64,000 nucleotides of DNA. Source: Chloroflexota bacterium. Its GTDB lineage: Bacteria; Chloroflexota; Dehalococcoidia; JACQUD01. The notes under the pieces are model-generated. The model did no database searches. It had not been told where the DNA came from and saw nothing but the letters and a program-made list of their open reading frames with translations. The position numbers and the translations under genes are program-made. Of this stretch, positions 8,695 through 19,606 are shown in pieces. The stretch is taken from NCBI GenBank assembly GCA_016210485.1, contig JACQUD010000059.1, forward strand, positions 20,800-84,799, in the 5' to 3' direction. Positions within the stretch are counted from its first letter, which is position 1, and each line of letters begins with the position of its first letter.

Positions 8695-11600
8695 CTACCT
8701 TTGCTCTTCCAAAGGTGCTAGATATTGCGGCAGGGGCAGCACCGAGTAGTTCAAGGATGCGTTCTTCAGACATTCCACCACCACTCGGACTGTGTCCAGG
8801 GAAGTGAAGCAGGGAATTCGCATCTCCACGGCTGTTCGTCGGATCTCGAAGCCATCCTGCAAGGGGGTTCGTCCCCCGGTGAGGGTGTTGACCACCCCCT
8901 GGACTGTGCCATCTCGGATAATATCCACCACGTTGGGGCTGACCCCGGAGAGCCTCTTGCTGACCATGATGACAGGCAGGTTCAAGGCCTGGATCATAGC
9001 CGCCGTGCCCTCCGTGGCATAGAGGCGGTAGCCCACGGAGGCCAGGCCCTTGATGAGGGGGATGGCCTCGGGCTTATCCCGGTCGGCAATGCTAAGGAGG
9101 ATGCCGCCCTGGGGAGGCAGCATCAGCCCGGCGGCCAAGAGGGCCTTGGCCAGGGCAGGGGGATAGGAGTAGTCTATGCCCATAACCTCGCCGGTGGACT
9201 TCATCTCCGGCCCCAGATAAGTGTCCACCCCGGTGAGCTTGGACATGGAGAAGACGGGGGCCTTCATGGCCACCAGCTTCTGTTGCGGCCAGAGCCCGCC
9301 GATATACCCCTGCTCTTTGAGGCTTCGTCCCAGCATCACTTGGGTGGCTACTCGAACGATGGGAACCCCGGTGGCCTTGGACAGGAAGGGGACGGTGCGG
9401 CTGGCCCTGGGGTTGACCTCCAGCACATATACAGAGGAGCCCCGCCCATCCCCATTGACCATGATGACCATCTGGACGTTCATCAATCCCTTCACCTGAA
9501 GGGCCAAGCCGATGCGGGTGGTGTAGTCCACGATGGTGTCTGCCTCCTCGGCGGTGAGGCTCAGGCCGGGATAGACGGCGATGGAGTCGCCGGAGTGCAC
9601 CCCAGCCCGCTCGATGTGCTCCATGATGCCGGGGATGAGGACCAGCTCGCCGTCGGCGATGGCGTCCACTTCCACCTCCCTACCCTGGAGGTATTTATCC
9701 ACCAGGATGGCCCGGCCTCCCCCGGCCTCCGCAGCCATCTCCAGATAGCGGATAAGCTCCGAGGCATTATACACAATCTCCATGGCCCGCCCTCCCAGGA
9801 CATAGCTAGGGCGCACCAGGACGGGGTAGCCGATGGCCTGGGCCACCTGGAGGGCCTCGTCCACGGTGTTCACCACCCCTCCGGGGGGTTGGGGTATGCC
9901 CAGCCGAGCGGCGAAGTCCTCGAAGCGGCCCCGGTCCGAGGCGATGTCTATGGCCTCAGCGCTGGAGCCCAGGATGGCTAGGCCGGCCCGGGCCAGGGGC
10001 AGGGCCAGGTCTATGGCCGTCTGCCCCCCGAACTGGACGATGGTCGGGGGAGAGCCACCCTCTCCCGCCTCGTTCTCCAGGATGTCCCGCAGGCTCTCTT
10101 CGTCCAGAGGCTCGAAGTAGAGGCGGTCTGAGGTATCGAAGTCCGTGGACACCGTCTCTGGGTTGGAGTTGACCATGATGGCCTTGTGGCCTGCCGACTG
10201 CAAGGCCCAGGCGGAGTGGACGCTGCAGTAATCGAACTCTATCCCCTGGCCGATGCGGATAGGCCCCGACCCTACCACCACCGCCTTGGCGCCCTCCAGG
10301 GGCAGGGCCTCGTTCTCCTGCTCATAGGTGCTGTAGAAATAGGGGGTCAGGGCCTCAAACTCGGCGGCGCAGGTGTCCACCATCTTGTAAACTGGGCGTA
10401 TCCCCCAGCCCTGGCGGGATGCGCGCACCTGCTCGGGGAGGCGATCGGCCAGGGTGCCTATCTGGACATCGGAGAAGCCCAGCCGCTTGGCCTGCCTCAG
10501 AAGGTCGGGGGTAAGCGGCTCGGAGAGGAGGCGTTTCTCCATTTGGACTATTCCCAGGAACTGGGTCGGAAACCAGGGGTCGATGCCGGTGCGTCCGGCC
10601 AGGGACAGCGGCTCGGCCCCCCGACGCAGCGCCGCCATGAGTGCCCAGAGGCGAATATCGTTGGCCTCCAGAGGGAGAGCATCCGTCCCTTTCTCCCGCC
10701 ATTCGCGGTCCTCCCACAGGAGGGAGCGCCGCCCGAACTCCAGGGAGCGCACCGCCTTTTGCATAGCAGCGGAGAAGCATCGGTCTATGGCCATGGTCTC
10801 CCCCGTGGACTTCATCTGGGTGCCCAGGTCGCGCTCCCCCAGGCTGAACTTATCGAAGGGCCAGCGGGGTATTTTGACCACACAATAGTCCAGGGCCGGC
10901 TCGAAGGCAGCCCGAGTCTTGCCGGTGACGGCGTTAGGAATCTGGTCCAGGGTCTTGCCCACGGCGATCTTGGCCGCTACCCGGGCGATGGGGTAGCCCG
11001 TGGCCTTGGAGGCCAGGGCCGAGGAGCGGCTCAGCCGGGGGTTGACCTCGATGACGTGGTAGGGAGCGGGGCCGCTCCAGGCCGGCACGTCGAAGGCTCT
11101 GGCCACCTCCGGGTGGGGGGCCAGGGCGAACTGAATGTTGCATCCGCCCTCGATGCCCAGGGCCCGGATGATCTTCAGTGAGGCGCTGCGCAGCATCTGG
11201 TACTCCTTGTCGGAGAGGGTCTGGCTGGGAGCCACCACGATGCTATCCCCGGTATGGATGCCCATAGGGTCCAGGTTCTCCATGTTGCACACGGTGATGC
11301 AGTTGTCGGCGCCATCCCGCATCACCTCGTACTCCACCTCTTTCCAGCCCTGGAGGTATCGCTCCAGGAGGACCTGATGGATGGGGCTGGCCGAAAGCCC
11401 CCCGGCCACCACTTCCTCCAACTCCTCCCAGGTGCGGGCGATGCCTCCCCCCGTCCCCCCCAGGGTGTAGGCGGGGCGCACCACCAGGGGCAGGCCCAGG
11501 CTCTTAGCCACGGACCGAGCCTCCTCCAGGGAGGTAACCGTCCGGCTCTCGGGCACCGGCTCGCCTATCTCCTGAAGGAGGTCCTTGAAAAGCTGGCGGT

Positions 11601-11973
11601 CCTCGGCCTTCCTTATGGACTCGATGGGGGTGCCCAGGGAGCGGACGCCATATTTGTCCAGGACGCCGGCCTGGGCCAGGGCCACGGCCATGTTCAGGCC
11701 CGTCTGGCCACCCATGGTGGGGAGCAGGCCATCGGGCCGCTCCCGCTCTATGATGCGGGCCACCGCCTCCACGGTGAGAGGCTCGACGTAAACGATGTCG
11801 GCGATGCCCTGGTCGGTCATGATGGTGGCCGGGTTGGAGTTGACCAGGACGGAGATGACTCCCTCCTCGCGGAGGGCCTTGCAGGCCTGGGTGCCGGCGT
11901 AGTCGAACTCCGCCGCCTGCCCGATGATTATCGGGCCGGAGCCGATGACCAGGACCTTGGGGGGCTTAGGCAT
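8695..11973 (-). CDS. carB: Carbamoyl-phosphate synthase large subunit
   Basis: 1092-aa [41 protein letters not shown]..., duplicated ATP-grasp halves, MGS-like C-terminus. Confidence 0.97.
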   Translation of the reverse strand: MPKPPKVLVIGSGPIIIGQAAEFDYAGTQACKALREEGVISVLVNSNPATIMTDQGIADIVYVEPLTVEAVARIIERERPDGLLPTMGGQTGLNMAVALAQAGVLDKYGVRSLGTPIESIRKAEDRQLFKDLLQEIGEPVPESRTVTSLEEARSVAKSLGLPLVVRPAYTLGGTGGGIARTWEELEEVVAGGLSASPIHQVLLERYLQGWKEVEYEVMRDGADNCITVCNMENLDPMGIHTGDSIVVAPSQTLSDKEYQMLRSASLKIIRALGIEGGCNIQFALAPHPEVARAFDVPAWSGPAPYHVIEVNPRLSRSSALASKATGYPIARVAAKIAVGKTLDQIPNAVTGKTRAAFEPALDYCVVKIPRWPFDKFSLGERDLGTQMKSTGETMAIDRCFSAAMQKAVRSLEFGRRSLLWEDREWREKGTDALPLEANDIRLWALMAALRRGAEPLSLAGRTGIDPWFPTQFLGIVQMEKRLLSEPLTPDLLRQAKRLGFSDVQIGTLADRLPEQVRASRQGWGIRPVYKMVDTCAAEFEALTPYFYSTYEQENEALPLEGAKAVVVGSGPIRIGQGIEFDYCSVHSAWALQSAGHKAIMVNSNPETVSTDFDTSDRLYFEPLDEESLRDILENEAGEGGSPPTIVQFGGQTAIDLALPLARAGLAILGSSAEAIDIASDRGRFEDFAARLGIPQPPGGVVNTVDEALQVAQAIGYPVLVRPSYVLGGRAMEIVYNASELIRYLEMAAEAGGGRAILVDKYLQGREVEVDAIADGELVLIPGIMEHIERAGVHSGDSIAVYPGLSLTAEEADTIVDYTTRIGLALQVKGLMNVQMVIMVNGDGRGSSVYVLEVNPRASRTVPFLSKATGVPIVRVATQVMLGRSLKEQGYIGGLWPQQKLVAMKAPVFSMSKLTGVDTYLGPEMKSTGEVMGIDYSYPPALAKALLAAGLMLPPQGGILLSIADRDKPEAIPLIKGLASVGYRLYATEGTAAMIQALNLPVIMVSKRLSGVSPNVVDIIRDGTVQGVVNTLTGGRTPLQDGFEIRRTAVEMRIPCFTSLDTVRVVVECLKNASLNYSVLPLPQYLAPLEEQR

Positions 11974-11981
11974 GTTTTCTT

Positions 11982-12506
11982 TTAATCATTCGGCCTCTCC
12001 CGCACGATGGCCGCCTCATAGACCAGGGGGTTGCACCGGCGATAGTCTATCTCCCCTTTGTGGTTCAGCACCGACTCCTCGGCGTGGACCGCTACCACCT
12101 CGGCGATGAAGAGCAGGTGGGAGCGCAGGTCGATAGTGTGAGTGAGGCGGCACTCGATGTTGATGGGGCAGGCGGCCACCAGGGGGGCCTTCACTTTGGC
12201 TGCCGGGGATAGGGCCAGGCCGGTCCGAGCCACCTTATCAGTGTCCCGGCCGGTGGTCGTCCCTATCAGGTGGATGGCGCTGAGCAGGGCCGGCGTGGGC
12301 AAATTTACGGTGAACTCCCCGCCCTCCTGGATGAGGCCCATCGAGTAGCGGCCCCGGCGCAGGGACATGGCGACCTGGGGCGGCTCGGCAGCTACGGAGG
12401 CGATGCGGTTGACAGCCAGGAGGTTGGGCTTCTCCAGGGTGCCGCAGACTACGATGACCAGGGGCACCGGATAGAGCACTGTGTTGGGTTCCAGAAGCCT
12501 TTTCAA
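11982..12506 (-). CDS. Flavin reductase-like domain protein (NADH:FMN oxidoreductase family)
   Basis: 174 aa, [11 protein letters not shown]... flavin-reductase fold. TTG start with strong RBS ggaggggtgaggtga. Only 8 nt upstream of carB. Confidence 0.75.
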   Translation of the reverse strand: MKRLLEPNTVLYPVPLVIVVCGTLEKPNLLAVNRIASVAAEPPQVAMSLRRGRYSMGLIQEGGEFTVNLPTPALLSAIHLIGTTTGRDTDKVARTGLALSPAAKVKAPLVAACPINIECRLTHTIDLRSHLLFIAEVVAVHAEESVLNHKGEIDYRRCNPLVYEAAIVRERPND

Positions 12507-12654
12507 ATCACCTCACCCCTCCGAAAGCTTTCAGCTTTGCGGAGTCCGATGAGTGCGACGTCATCGGACCTCGGTCCCCCTCTCCTGGAAAGAGAGGGGG
12601 AGGAGAAAAAGCTGGGGACACCCCCAGGCCCCCGACTGAGAAGTTCCCGTCCTC

Positions 12655-13521
12655 TTACTTCTCTCTGCAATAGATTTCCCCTGTCTTCGAAGCAAGCGAA
12701 ACCCTGTCAAGCAGCAGCTCTTCAAGACTGTGTCTTCCCTCCAGTACCAACACGATGTCTTGACCATCCAAGAGTATGATTTTTTGTTCCTTGCCCTCTT
12801 TCAGCGCTTCAACTGCACCCGTGGAATAGCCATTAACCGAAATAAAGAACCCACTTGCGATATGGAACTTTCCTTCGACTTTACCTCGAAACTCATACAA
12901 TGGAGCCGTCGAAACAGGCTTGTCTGTCCAAGTAGCCTCAACCAAGAAGATGTTACTACCAAGCCAGAAGCTGCCATCGATCTGTTCACCCCTCGTATTG
13001 AAAGGCGCGCCCATCTTCAGCCCAAACGCACTCCAAAGCTCCTGCAAGAAATCCTGGAAGCGATAGCCTCGCTTCTGATGATCAGATTCCGCGATAATGC
13101 TTCTAAATGAATCATTCAGTTGAGCAAATTGGGCGGCCGTCTCTACTGCCTTGTCTTTGTCACTAGCCTTACCTGGCTGTCCCTTGCTTTCTGTCACCTT
13201 CTCCCGCACCAGCACATCCAAATTGGTAGCTACGCGACTGCTCTCATTCAGCCATTTATGCATTGCAACCACGCAACGTGTGTTTCCCGTGTTTACGAGG
13301 TCTCGCAACACTCCGTCGACCACAGCGCGCTTGGAAGGTCCATAAACCCATGCCAAGCCCTTCTTTTGAGAAACGGGATACCGAGCGATAATATTGGCTG
13401 GGACACCACAATCCCGGAAAAATGTTCTTAATTCACGGTGCGATAGCTGGACAAGCTGTGTGCTCAAAAATTGAATCAGTTGATATTCCTGGTCCGTGAG
13501 CATTCTAGCCTGCTTGTCCAT
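12655..13521 (-). CDS. Restriction-endonuclease-like protein: N-terminal domain of unknown function fused to C-terminal Mrr-cat (PD-(D/E)xK) nuclease domain
   Basis: C-terminal ~150 aa match the Mrr catalytic domain layout (…EQIDGSFWLGSNIFLVEATWTDKP… ILLDGQDIVLVLEG). GC is clearly lower than flanks. Start taken at MDKQ (13521) with RBS ggagagggaagg; the track ORF extends into the carA-derived repeat. Confidence 0.65.
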   Translation of the reverse strand: MDKQARMLTDQEYQLIQFLSTQLVQLSHRELRTFFRDCGVPANIIARYPVSQKKGLAWVYGPSKRAVVDGVLRDLVNTGNTRCVVAMHKWLNESSRVATNLDVLVREKVTESKGQPGKASDKDKAVETAAQFAQLNDSFRSIIAESDHQKRGYRFQDFLQELWSAFGLKMGAPFNTRGEQIDGSFWLGSNIFLVEATWTDKPVSTAPLYEFRGKVEGKFHIASGFFISVNGYSTGAVEALKEGKEQKIILLDGQDIVLVLEGRHSLEELLLDRVSLASKTGEIYCREK

Positions 13522-13532
13522 GACCTTCCCTC

Positions 13533-13585
13533 TCCACAAACCTCTGGAGCACATACACATTGTCCAGGGGGCCAGGGGAGGCCTC
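13533..13585. repeat. Direct repeat copy 1 (degenerate duplicate of the carA 3' end), left boundary of the VapBC cassette
   Basis: ctccacaaacctctggagcacatacacattgtccagggggccaggggaggcctc versus 14251..14303, about 4 mismatches in 53 bp. Confidence 0.75.
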
Positions 13586-13598
13586 CATCCGCTCCATG

Positions 13599-13988
13599 TC
13601 AGGCACTCTCCGCCCCGTGCAGCTTCACGCCCGGGATAGTCTGGAAGTGGCGATCCAAGGCAAATATGGTGCCGTCATTCTCTATGGCCAGGGCAGCCAC
13701 CAGCAGGTCTGTGAGCGGTATCAGGCGACCCCGGTTGCGTAGATGAAAAGCCATCTCCCCAGCCCTGGCCCAGGTATCCTGAGTTGCCTCCATATAGGGT
13801 AAGGCCCGCAGCACGCCCTCCAGCCGCAACCTTTCTCCCTCAGTGCGCGCACCTTGGAGCACCTCCGCCAGAACCACCCCCACCATTGAAACCTCCCCTT
13901 GCCTCAAAAGGTTGCCCACCGCCTGGCCCTCTGGCGAATCCGGCGATCTGAGAAAAGGGACCCAGGCTGAGGTGTCGACGATTACCAC
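13599..13988 (-). CDS. vapC: PIN-domain ribonuclease toxin VapC
   Basis: MVIVDTSAWVPFL... PIN acidic residues. Overlaps the upstream antitoxin by 7 nt. Confidence 0.85.
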   Translation of the reverse strand: MVIVDTSAWVPFLRSPDSPEGQAVGNLLRQGEVSMVGVVLAEVLQGARTEGERLRLEGVLRALPYMEATQDTWARAGEMAFHLRNRGRLIPLTDLLVAALAIENDGTIFALDRHFQTIPGVKLHGAESA

Positions 13989-14194
13989 TGCATCTCCTTG
14001 AGCTCCAACTCCTCCAGCTCTCTCCAGTTATCCACCAGGTCAACCTTGCCGGCCATACTGAAGAGCTCGTCGATCTTTTTGTTACGGAGATACTCCTCCA
14101 GAGCCTTGTTCACCGCCTTGCTCTTGCTCTTCTCCTTGGTGAGCTTGGTAACCTCTTCAACGAGCCTCTCATCCAACTCCAGAGTTGTGCGCAT
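13982..14194 (-). CDS. vapB: Type II antitoxin VapB (Rv0623/COG4423-like)
   Basis: MRTTLELDERLVEEVTKLTKEKSKSKAVNKALEEYLR... typical antitoxin N-terminus, 70 aa, coupled to vapC. Confidence 0.8.
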   Translation of the reverse strand: MRTTLELDERLVEEVTKLTKEKSKSKAVNKALEEYLRNKKIDELFSMAGKVDLVDNWRELEELELKEMQW

Positions 14195-14225
14195 TATTAT
14201 CCTCCATCAATTTGTCGCATCACTA

Positions 14226-15314
14226 TTATACATCATTCTTGCGCACCATATCCACAAACCTCTCGAACACATACACGTTGTCCAGGGGGCCAGGGGAGGC
14301 CTCGGAGTGGTACTGGATGGCGAGGATGGGCAACTCCCGGTGCCTCAGGCCCTCCACGGTGCCGTCGTTGAGGTTGATGTGGCTCACCTCTACCTGGGGG
14401 GGCAGGCTATCGCCGTCCACGGCGTAGCCGTGATTCTGAGCGGTGATGTAGACCCGGCCCGTCTGGAGGTCTTTGACGGGGTGATTTCCCCCCCGGTGGC
14501 CGAACTTGAGCTTGAAGGTCCGACCGCCGAAGGCCCTCCCCAGCATCTGATGCCCCAGGCATATCCCCAGGATAGGCACCTTCCCGATGAGGCCCTTCAC
14601 CGTCTGCTCCATGTAGCCCAGGAGGGCGGGGTCGCCGGGGCCGGGGGAGAGCACCACCCCTCTCGGCTCCAGGGCCAGGACATCCTCCGCCGAGGCCGTG
14701 GCCGGGACCACGGTGATGGCACAGCCCAGGCCCGACAGGAGGCGCAGGATGTTGAGCTTGAGGCCGCAATCGATAGCCACGATGTGCGGGCCATCGGGCG
14801 GCCCCTCCCAGCGATATAGCGAAAGAGTGGTCACTTGAGGAACGAAGTCTATGAAGTCGTAGCGAGGGACGACTTTGAGGCGCTCCAGGGCCTGCGCCGG
14901 CGACTCGTCCGAGGTGATGGTGCCCATCATGACGCCTTTGGTGCGTAGCTTGCGAGTAAGAGCACGGGTGTCCACACCACAGATGCCAGGGATGCCCTGG
15001 GACTTCAGGTAGTCGTCCAGCGTCCCCTGGCTCTGCCAGTGGCTGGGGATGAGGCAGGCCTCCCGCACCACCAGCCCCGCCGCCTGGATGTGCCGCGACT
15101 CTACAGCCTGATCGTTGATGCCGTAGTTGCCGATGAGGGGATAGGTGAGGGTCAGGATCTGTCCCCGGTACGAGGGGTCGGTGAGCATCTCCTGGTAGCC
15201 GGTCATGGAGGTGTTGAAGACGACCTCTCCCTGGGCCCGGCCCGCGGCGCCGAGGGAAAGCCCCTCGAAGACCGAGCCGTCCTCCAGGACAAGGAGGGCG
15301 CTAATGGGTGTCAT
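14226..15314 (-). CDS. carA: Carbamoyl-phosphate synthase small (glutamine amidotransferase) subunit
   Basis: MTPISALLVLEDGSVFEG... GATase triad region LGICLGHQ. Confidence 0.95.
   Translation of the reverse strand: MTPISALLVLEDGSVFEGLSLGAAGRAQGEVVFNTSMTGYQEMLTDPSYRGQILTLTYPLIGNYGINDQAVESRHIQAAGLVVREACLIPSHWQSQGTLDDYLKSQGIPGICGVDTRALTRKLRTKGVMMGTITSDESPAQALERLKVVPRYDFIDFVPQVTTLSLYRWEGPPDGPHIVAIDCGLKLNILRLLSGLGCAITVVPATASAEDVLALEPRGVVLSPGPGDPALLGYMEQTVKGLIGKVPILGICLGHQMLGRAFGGRTFKLKFGHRGGNHPVKDLQTGRVYITAQNHGYAVDGDSLPPQVEVSHINLNDGTVEGLRHRELPILAIQYHSEASPGPLDNVYVFERFVDMVRKNDV
14251..14303. repeat. Direct repeat copy 2 (inside the authentic 3' end of carA)
   Basis: atccacaaacctctcgaacacatacacgttgtccagggggccaggggaggcctc. 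Encodes the carA C-terminus …PLDNVYVFERFV. Confidence 0.75.
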
Positions 15315-15810
15315 GTTCGCCCCTGAGACGCACCAATCCTAACTCCGTTGCCCGTTGCTTGACCATCTTGTCTGCCTCAATAAAGTGATCCCATATCCTT
15401 ATTAACTCTGCCCTGCCGCTGGCATATAGCGAGGCAGCGTTTGTGAGGCCGATAAAGGGCGAAACTCCAGGCAGCCCATCCTCAAGAAAGAGAGCATTGT
15501 GGTCATACCAGTCCCTTGCTTCCTCGGCGAGTCGCTTTAAATCTACATTTTCTGCTGAGTCCGGCTGCTGCGGGTTAGCACGGCTAATAGCAACGTTGAG
15601 CTTCATTAACCAGGCGTAGGCTTGTTGCACACCAGTCAGTCGCTTCTCGAATAAGGTTCGTTTGTACCACTCCTGGTAGTCGTCACGCCGTTCAGTGGCC
15701 CTTTGCTGCTGGTCAGCCTTTCTGGCGCGGTCATTGAACCAAAGATTGATCAACGAGCCCAGCAATACTATGAAGCCACCGATCAAGGCGCCTTGTGCTG
15801 TCTCGTTCAT
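15301..15810 (-). CDS. Hypothetical single-pass membrane protein (169 aa) inserted between pyrC and carA
   Basis: Start MNETAQGALIGGFIVLLGSLINLWF (TM helix) at ATG 15810..15808, forming an ATGA overlap with the pyrC stop. 3' end overlaps the carA start by 14 nt. Lower GC than flanks. No recognisable domain. Confidence 0.55.
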   Translation of the reverse strand: MNETAQGALIGGFIVLLGSLINLWFNDRARKADQQQRATERRDDYQEWYKRTLFEKRLTGVQQAYAWLMKLNVAISRANPQQPDSAENVDLKRLAEEARDWYDHNALFLEDGLPGVSPFIGLTNAASLYASGRAELIRIWDHFIEADKMVKQRATELGLVRLRGEHDTH

Positions 15811-17127
15811 CCCTGGAACACCACCTTTCCCCCGTAGATGGTAGCCATGGCCTTGCCCCGGAGCACAGCCCCGGCCAGGAGGGTGTTCCTCCCCTTGGAG
15901 GCGAAGGCCTCCGGCTCCACCGTCCACTCCGCATCGGGGTCGAAGACAGTAACATCGGCGGGGGCGCCCGCCTGCAATGTGCCCAGGCCGGGGATGCCCG
16001 CCGCCTTGAGGATTCGAGCCGGGCCTGAAGTCAGGAGGGCGATGAGGTCGGGCAGCCCTATCTCCCCCCGGTGCACCAGGCCCAGGAGGAGGCCCAGGGC
16101 CGTCTCCAGCCCGCTGATGCCTGAAGCCGCCAGGTCGTACTCGCACTCCTTGTCCACCCGGGTATGAGGCGCGTGGTCGGTGGCGATGGCGTCGATGATG
16201 CCATCCTTCAGCCCCTGAATAAGGGCTGCCACGTCCTCTTTACTGCGCAGAGGCGGGTTGACCTTAGTCCGGGTATCGTAAGGGTGAAGGCCGGGGAAAT
16301 CCGGCGACTTGCCCAGGACCAGCTCGTGGGTCAGGGCCAGATGGTGGGGGGTGACCTCAGCGGTGATGGGCAGCCCCTTCTCCTTGGCCAGGCGCACCAG
16401 CTCCACCGAGCCGGCGGTGGATAGGTGCTGAAGGTGCACCCAGCCTCCTGTAAGCTCGGCCAGGAGGATGTCTCGGGCCACGGCCACCTCCTCAGCGGCG
16501 GAGGGCATCCCCTTGAGGCCCAGGCGGGTGGCCACCCAGCCCTCGTGCATGACGCCGCCCTGGGAGAGGCTGACATCCTGAGGGTGATCCATGATGGGCA
16601 GGCCCAGGGGGAGAGCATACTCCAGGGCGTGGCGCATAAGCCTGGTCGAGGCCACGGGGTCTCCGTCGTCGCTGAAAGCCACCGCCCCGGCTCCGGCCAG
16701 CTCCGCCATCTCCGCCAGCTCCTGGCCCTTTCGGCCCTGGCTAACACAGGCCACGGGCAGGACCCGGACAGCCCCCAACTCCGCCGCTCTCCGCAGCACG
16801 AACTCCACCGATGCCAGATTATCGAGGGGAGGATTGGTGTTGGCCATGCAGCAGACGGTGGTGAAACCGCCCCGGGCTGCAGCCAGCGTCCCCGTGGCGA
16901 TGGTCTCCTTCTCCTCGAAGCCCGGCTCCCGCAGGTGACAGTGGAGGTCGATGAACCCTGGACAGACCACGAGCCCTTTGGCGGGAAGAATTTGAGCAGG
17001 CTTCTGGGGAGGCGGCTCCCCGGGCTTGCCGACCCAGGCTACCTTACCCTCTGCCAGAAGGATGTCGCCAGGGGCATCCAGGCCCTGGGAGGGGTCTATG
17101 AGATGCCCGCCCCGGATGAGAAGGGCG

Positions 17128-17141
<14 letters not shown>
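15807..17141 (-). CDS. pyrC: Dihydroorotase
   Basis: MPRTDALLIRGGHLIDP... metal-binding DLHCHLREPG. Start chosen at M18 of the track ORF (17141); overlaps the pyrB stop. Confidence 0.9.
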
Positions 17142-18770
<1,629 letters not shown>

Positions 18771-18799
18771 AAAAGGTTGCCTATTGACTTGTTGACCTA

Positions 18800-18828
18800 A
18801 TTATACCATGCCCCCCTACCCATGACAA
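18800..18828 (-). promoter_or_regulatory. Candidate pyr operon promoter (TTGTCA - 17 nt - TATAAT on the minus strand)
   Basis: Minus-strand reading ...cTTGTCAtgggtaggggggcatggTATAATtagg. Lies upstream of the PyrR-binding loop. Confidence 0.45.
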
Positions 18829-18889
18829 GAGCCAAGAGCGAGATTACCATGGGTAGCTAATAGGAACAAGCCCTCGGGCCGACGGCAGC

Positions 18890-19501
18890 CTACTCCTCCA
18901 GTCCGAAGGGAGGGTAGCGGTCCGTCATCAGAGCTGCATAGGCCATCACCCGGTAGCCCCACCGGTTTATGCCCAGGACAAGCTCAAAGATGTCCCTGGG
19001 GTATTTGCCGGTGAACAGCAGCGCCACGCCGGCGAAGAGAACGAGCACAACCACCAGACCTCCGTAGCCGACCACCAGTCCGCCCTGCAAGAGGCCTACA
19101 ACGATATAGTGAGGCAGAGCCAGCAGCCACCATTTCACCAGCACCAGCCCCCGGGATAGCCTCTCCGGATACTCCGCCTCCAGGTCAGCAGGGTAGCCGC
19201 CAGCCTTGAGGGTAAAGGGGGGATACTTGTCCACCCCCAGGGCCTGATAGCTATAAAATCCCACCCGCCACGACCAGCGCAGCACCCCGACATTGAAGTC
19301 GAACAGGCCCCGGGGATACCGCCTGGTGAACAGTATGGCCAGGAGAGCGATGATCCAGGCCAACAAAAAGGCCAGCCAAAGGAAGGCCAAGACGATGAAA
19401 TGGGGGATGAGCAGGAACCACTTCACCAGCCACAGCCCTTGGGAGAGAGGCTCCATGAGCTCCCCCTTGATCGAGACCGGATAAGCCGTCGCCTGAGACA
19501 T
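18890..19501 (-). CDS. DUF4389-like membrane protein (tandem duplicated domain)
   Basis: Two repeats of (L/W)LVKW(F/W)LL(I/A)PH(F/Y)IV… RYP(R/G)…F(D/E)…RW(S/G)(W/Y)RV. Confidence 0.65.
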   Translation of the reverse strand: MSQATAYPVSIKGELMEPLSQGLWLVKWFLLIPHFIVLAFLWLAFLLAWIIALLAILFTRRYPRGLFDFNVGVLRWSWRVGFYSYQALGVDKYPPFTLKAGGYPADLEAEYPERLSRGLVLVKWWLLALPHYIVVGLLQGGLVVGYGGLVVVLVLFAGVALLFTGKYPRDIFELVLGINRWGYRVMAYAALMTDRYPPFGLEE

Positions 19502-19606
19502 GGCTCACCTCCTGCTCTCATCCCTTTGAGCGAGCCAATTGTAGACTGGCCGGAGACTGCTGTCAAGGCGATAGAGGGACGGTCCCACCGCGGTGGCATC
19601 TTTGCC

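Noticed and set aside
8725-11181. Long plus-strand ORFs (418 aa and 331 aa) inside carB
   Set aside because: They are antisense to a highly conserved gene and Gly/Pro/Arg/His-rich. This is the typical high-GC wrong-strand artefact. The same applies to 16425..17198 (antisense to pyrC), 50240..51118 and 51252..52067 (antisense to dnaX/ybaB), 56160..56933, 59276..59761, 63174..63981 and others.
19570-19600. 12-bp palindrome ccaccgcggtgg downstream of the CaCA antiporter gene
   Set aside because: No U-tract on the transcribed strand. It is too short to call a terminator with any confidence.
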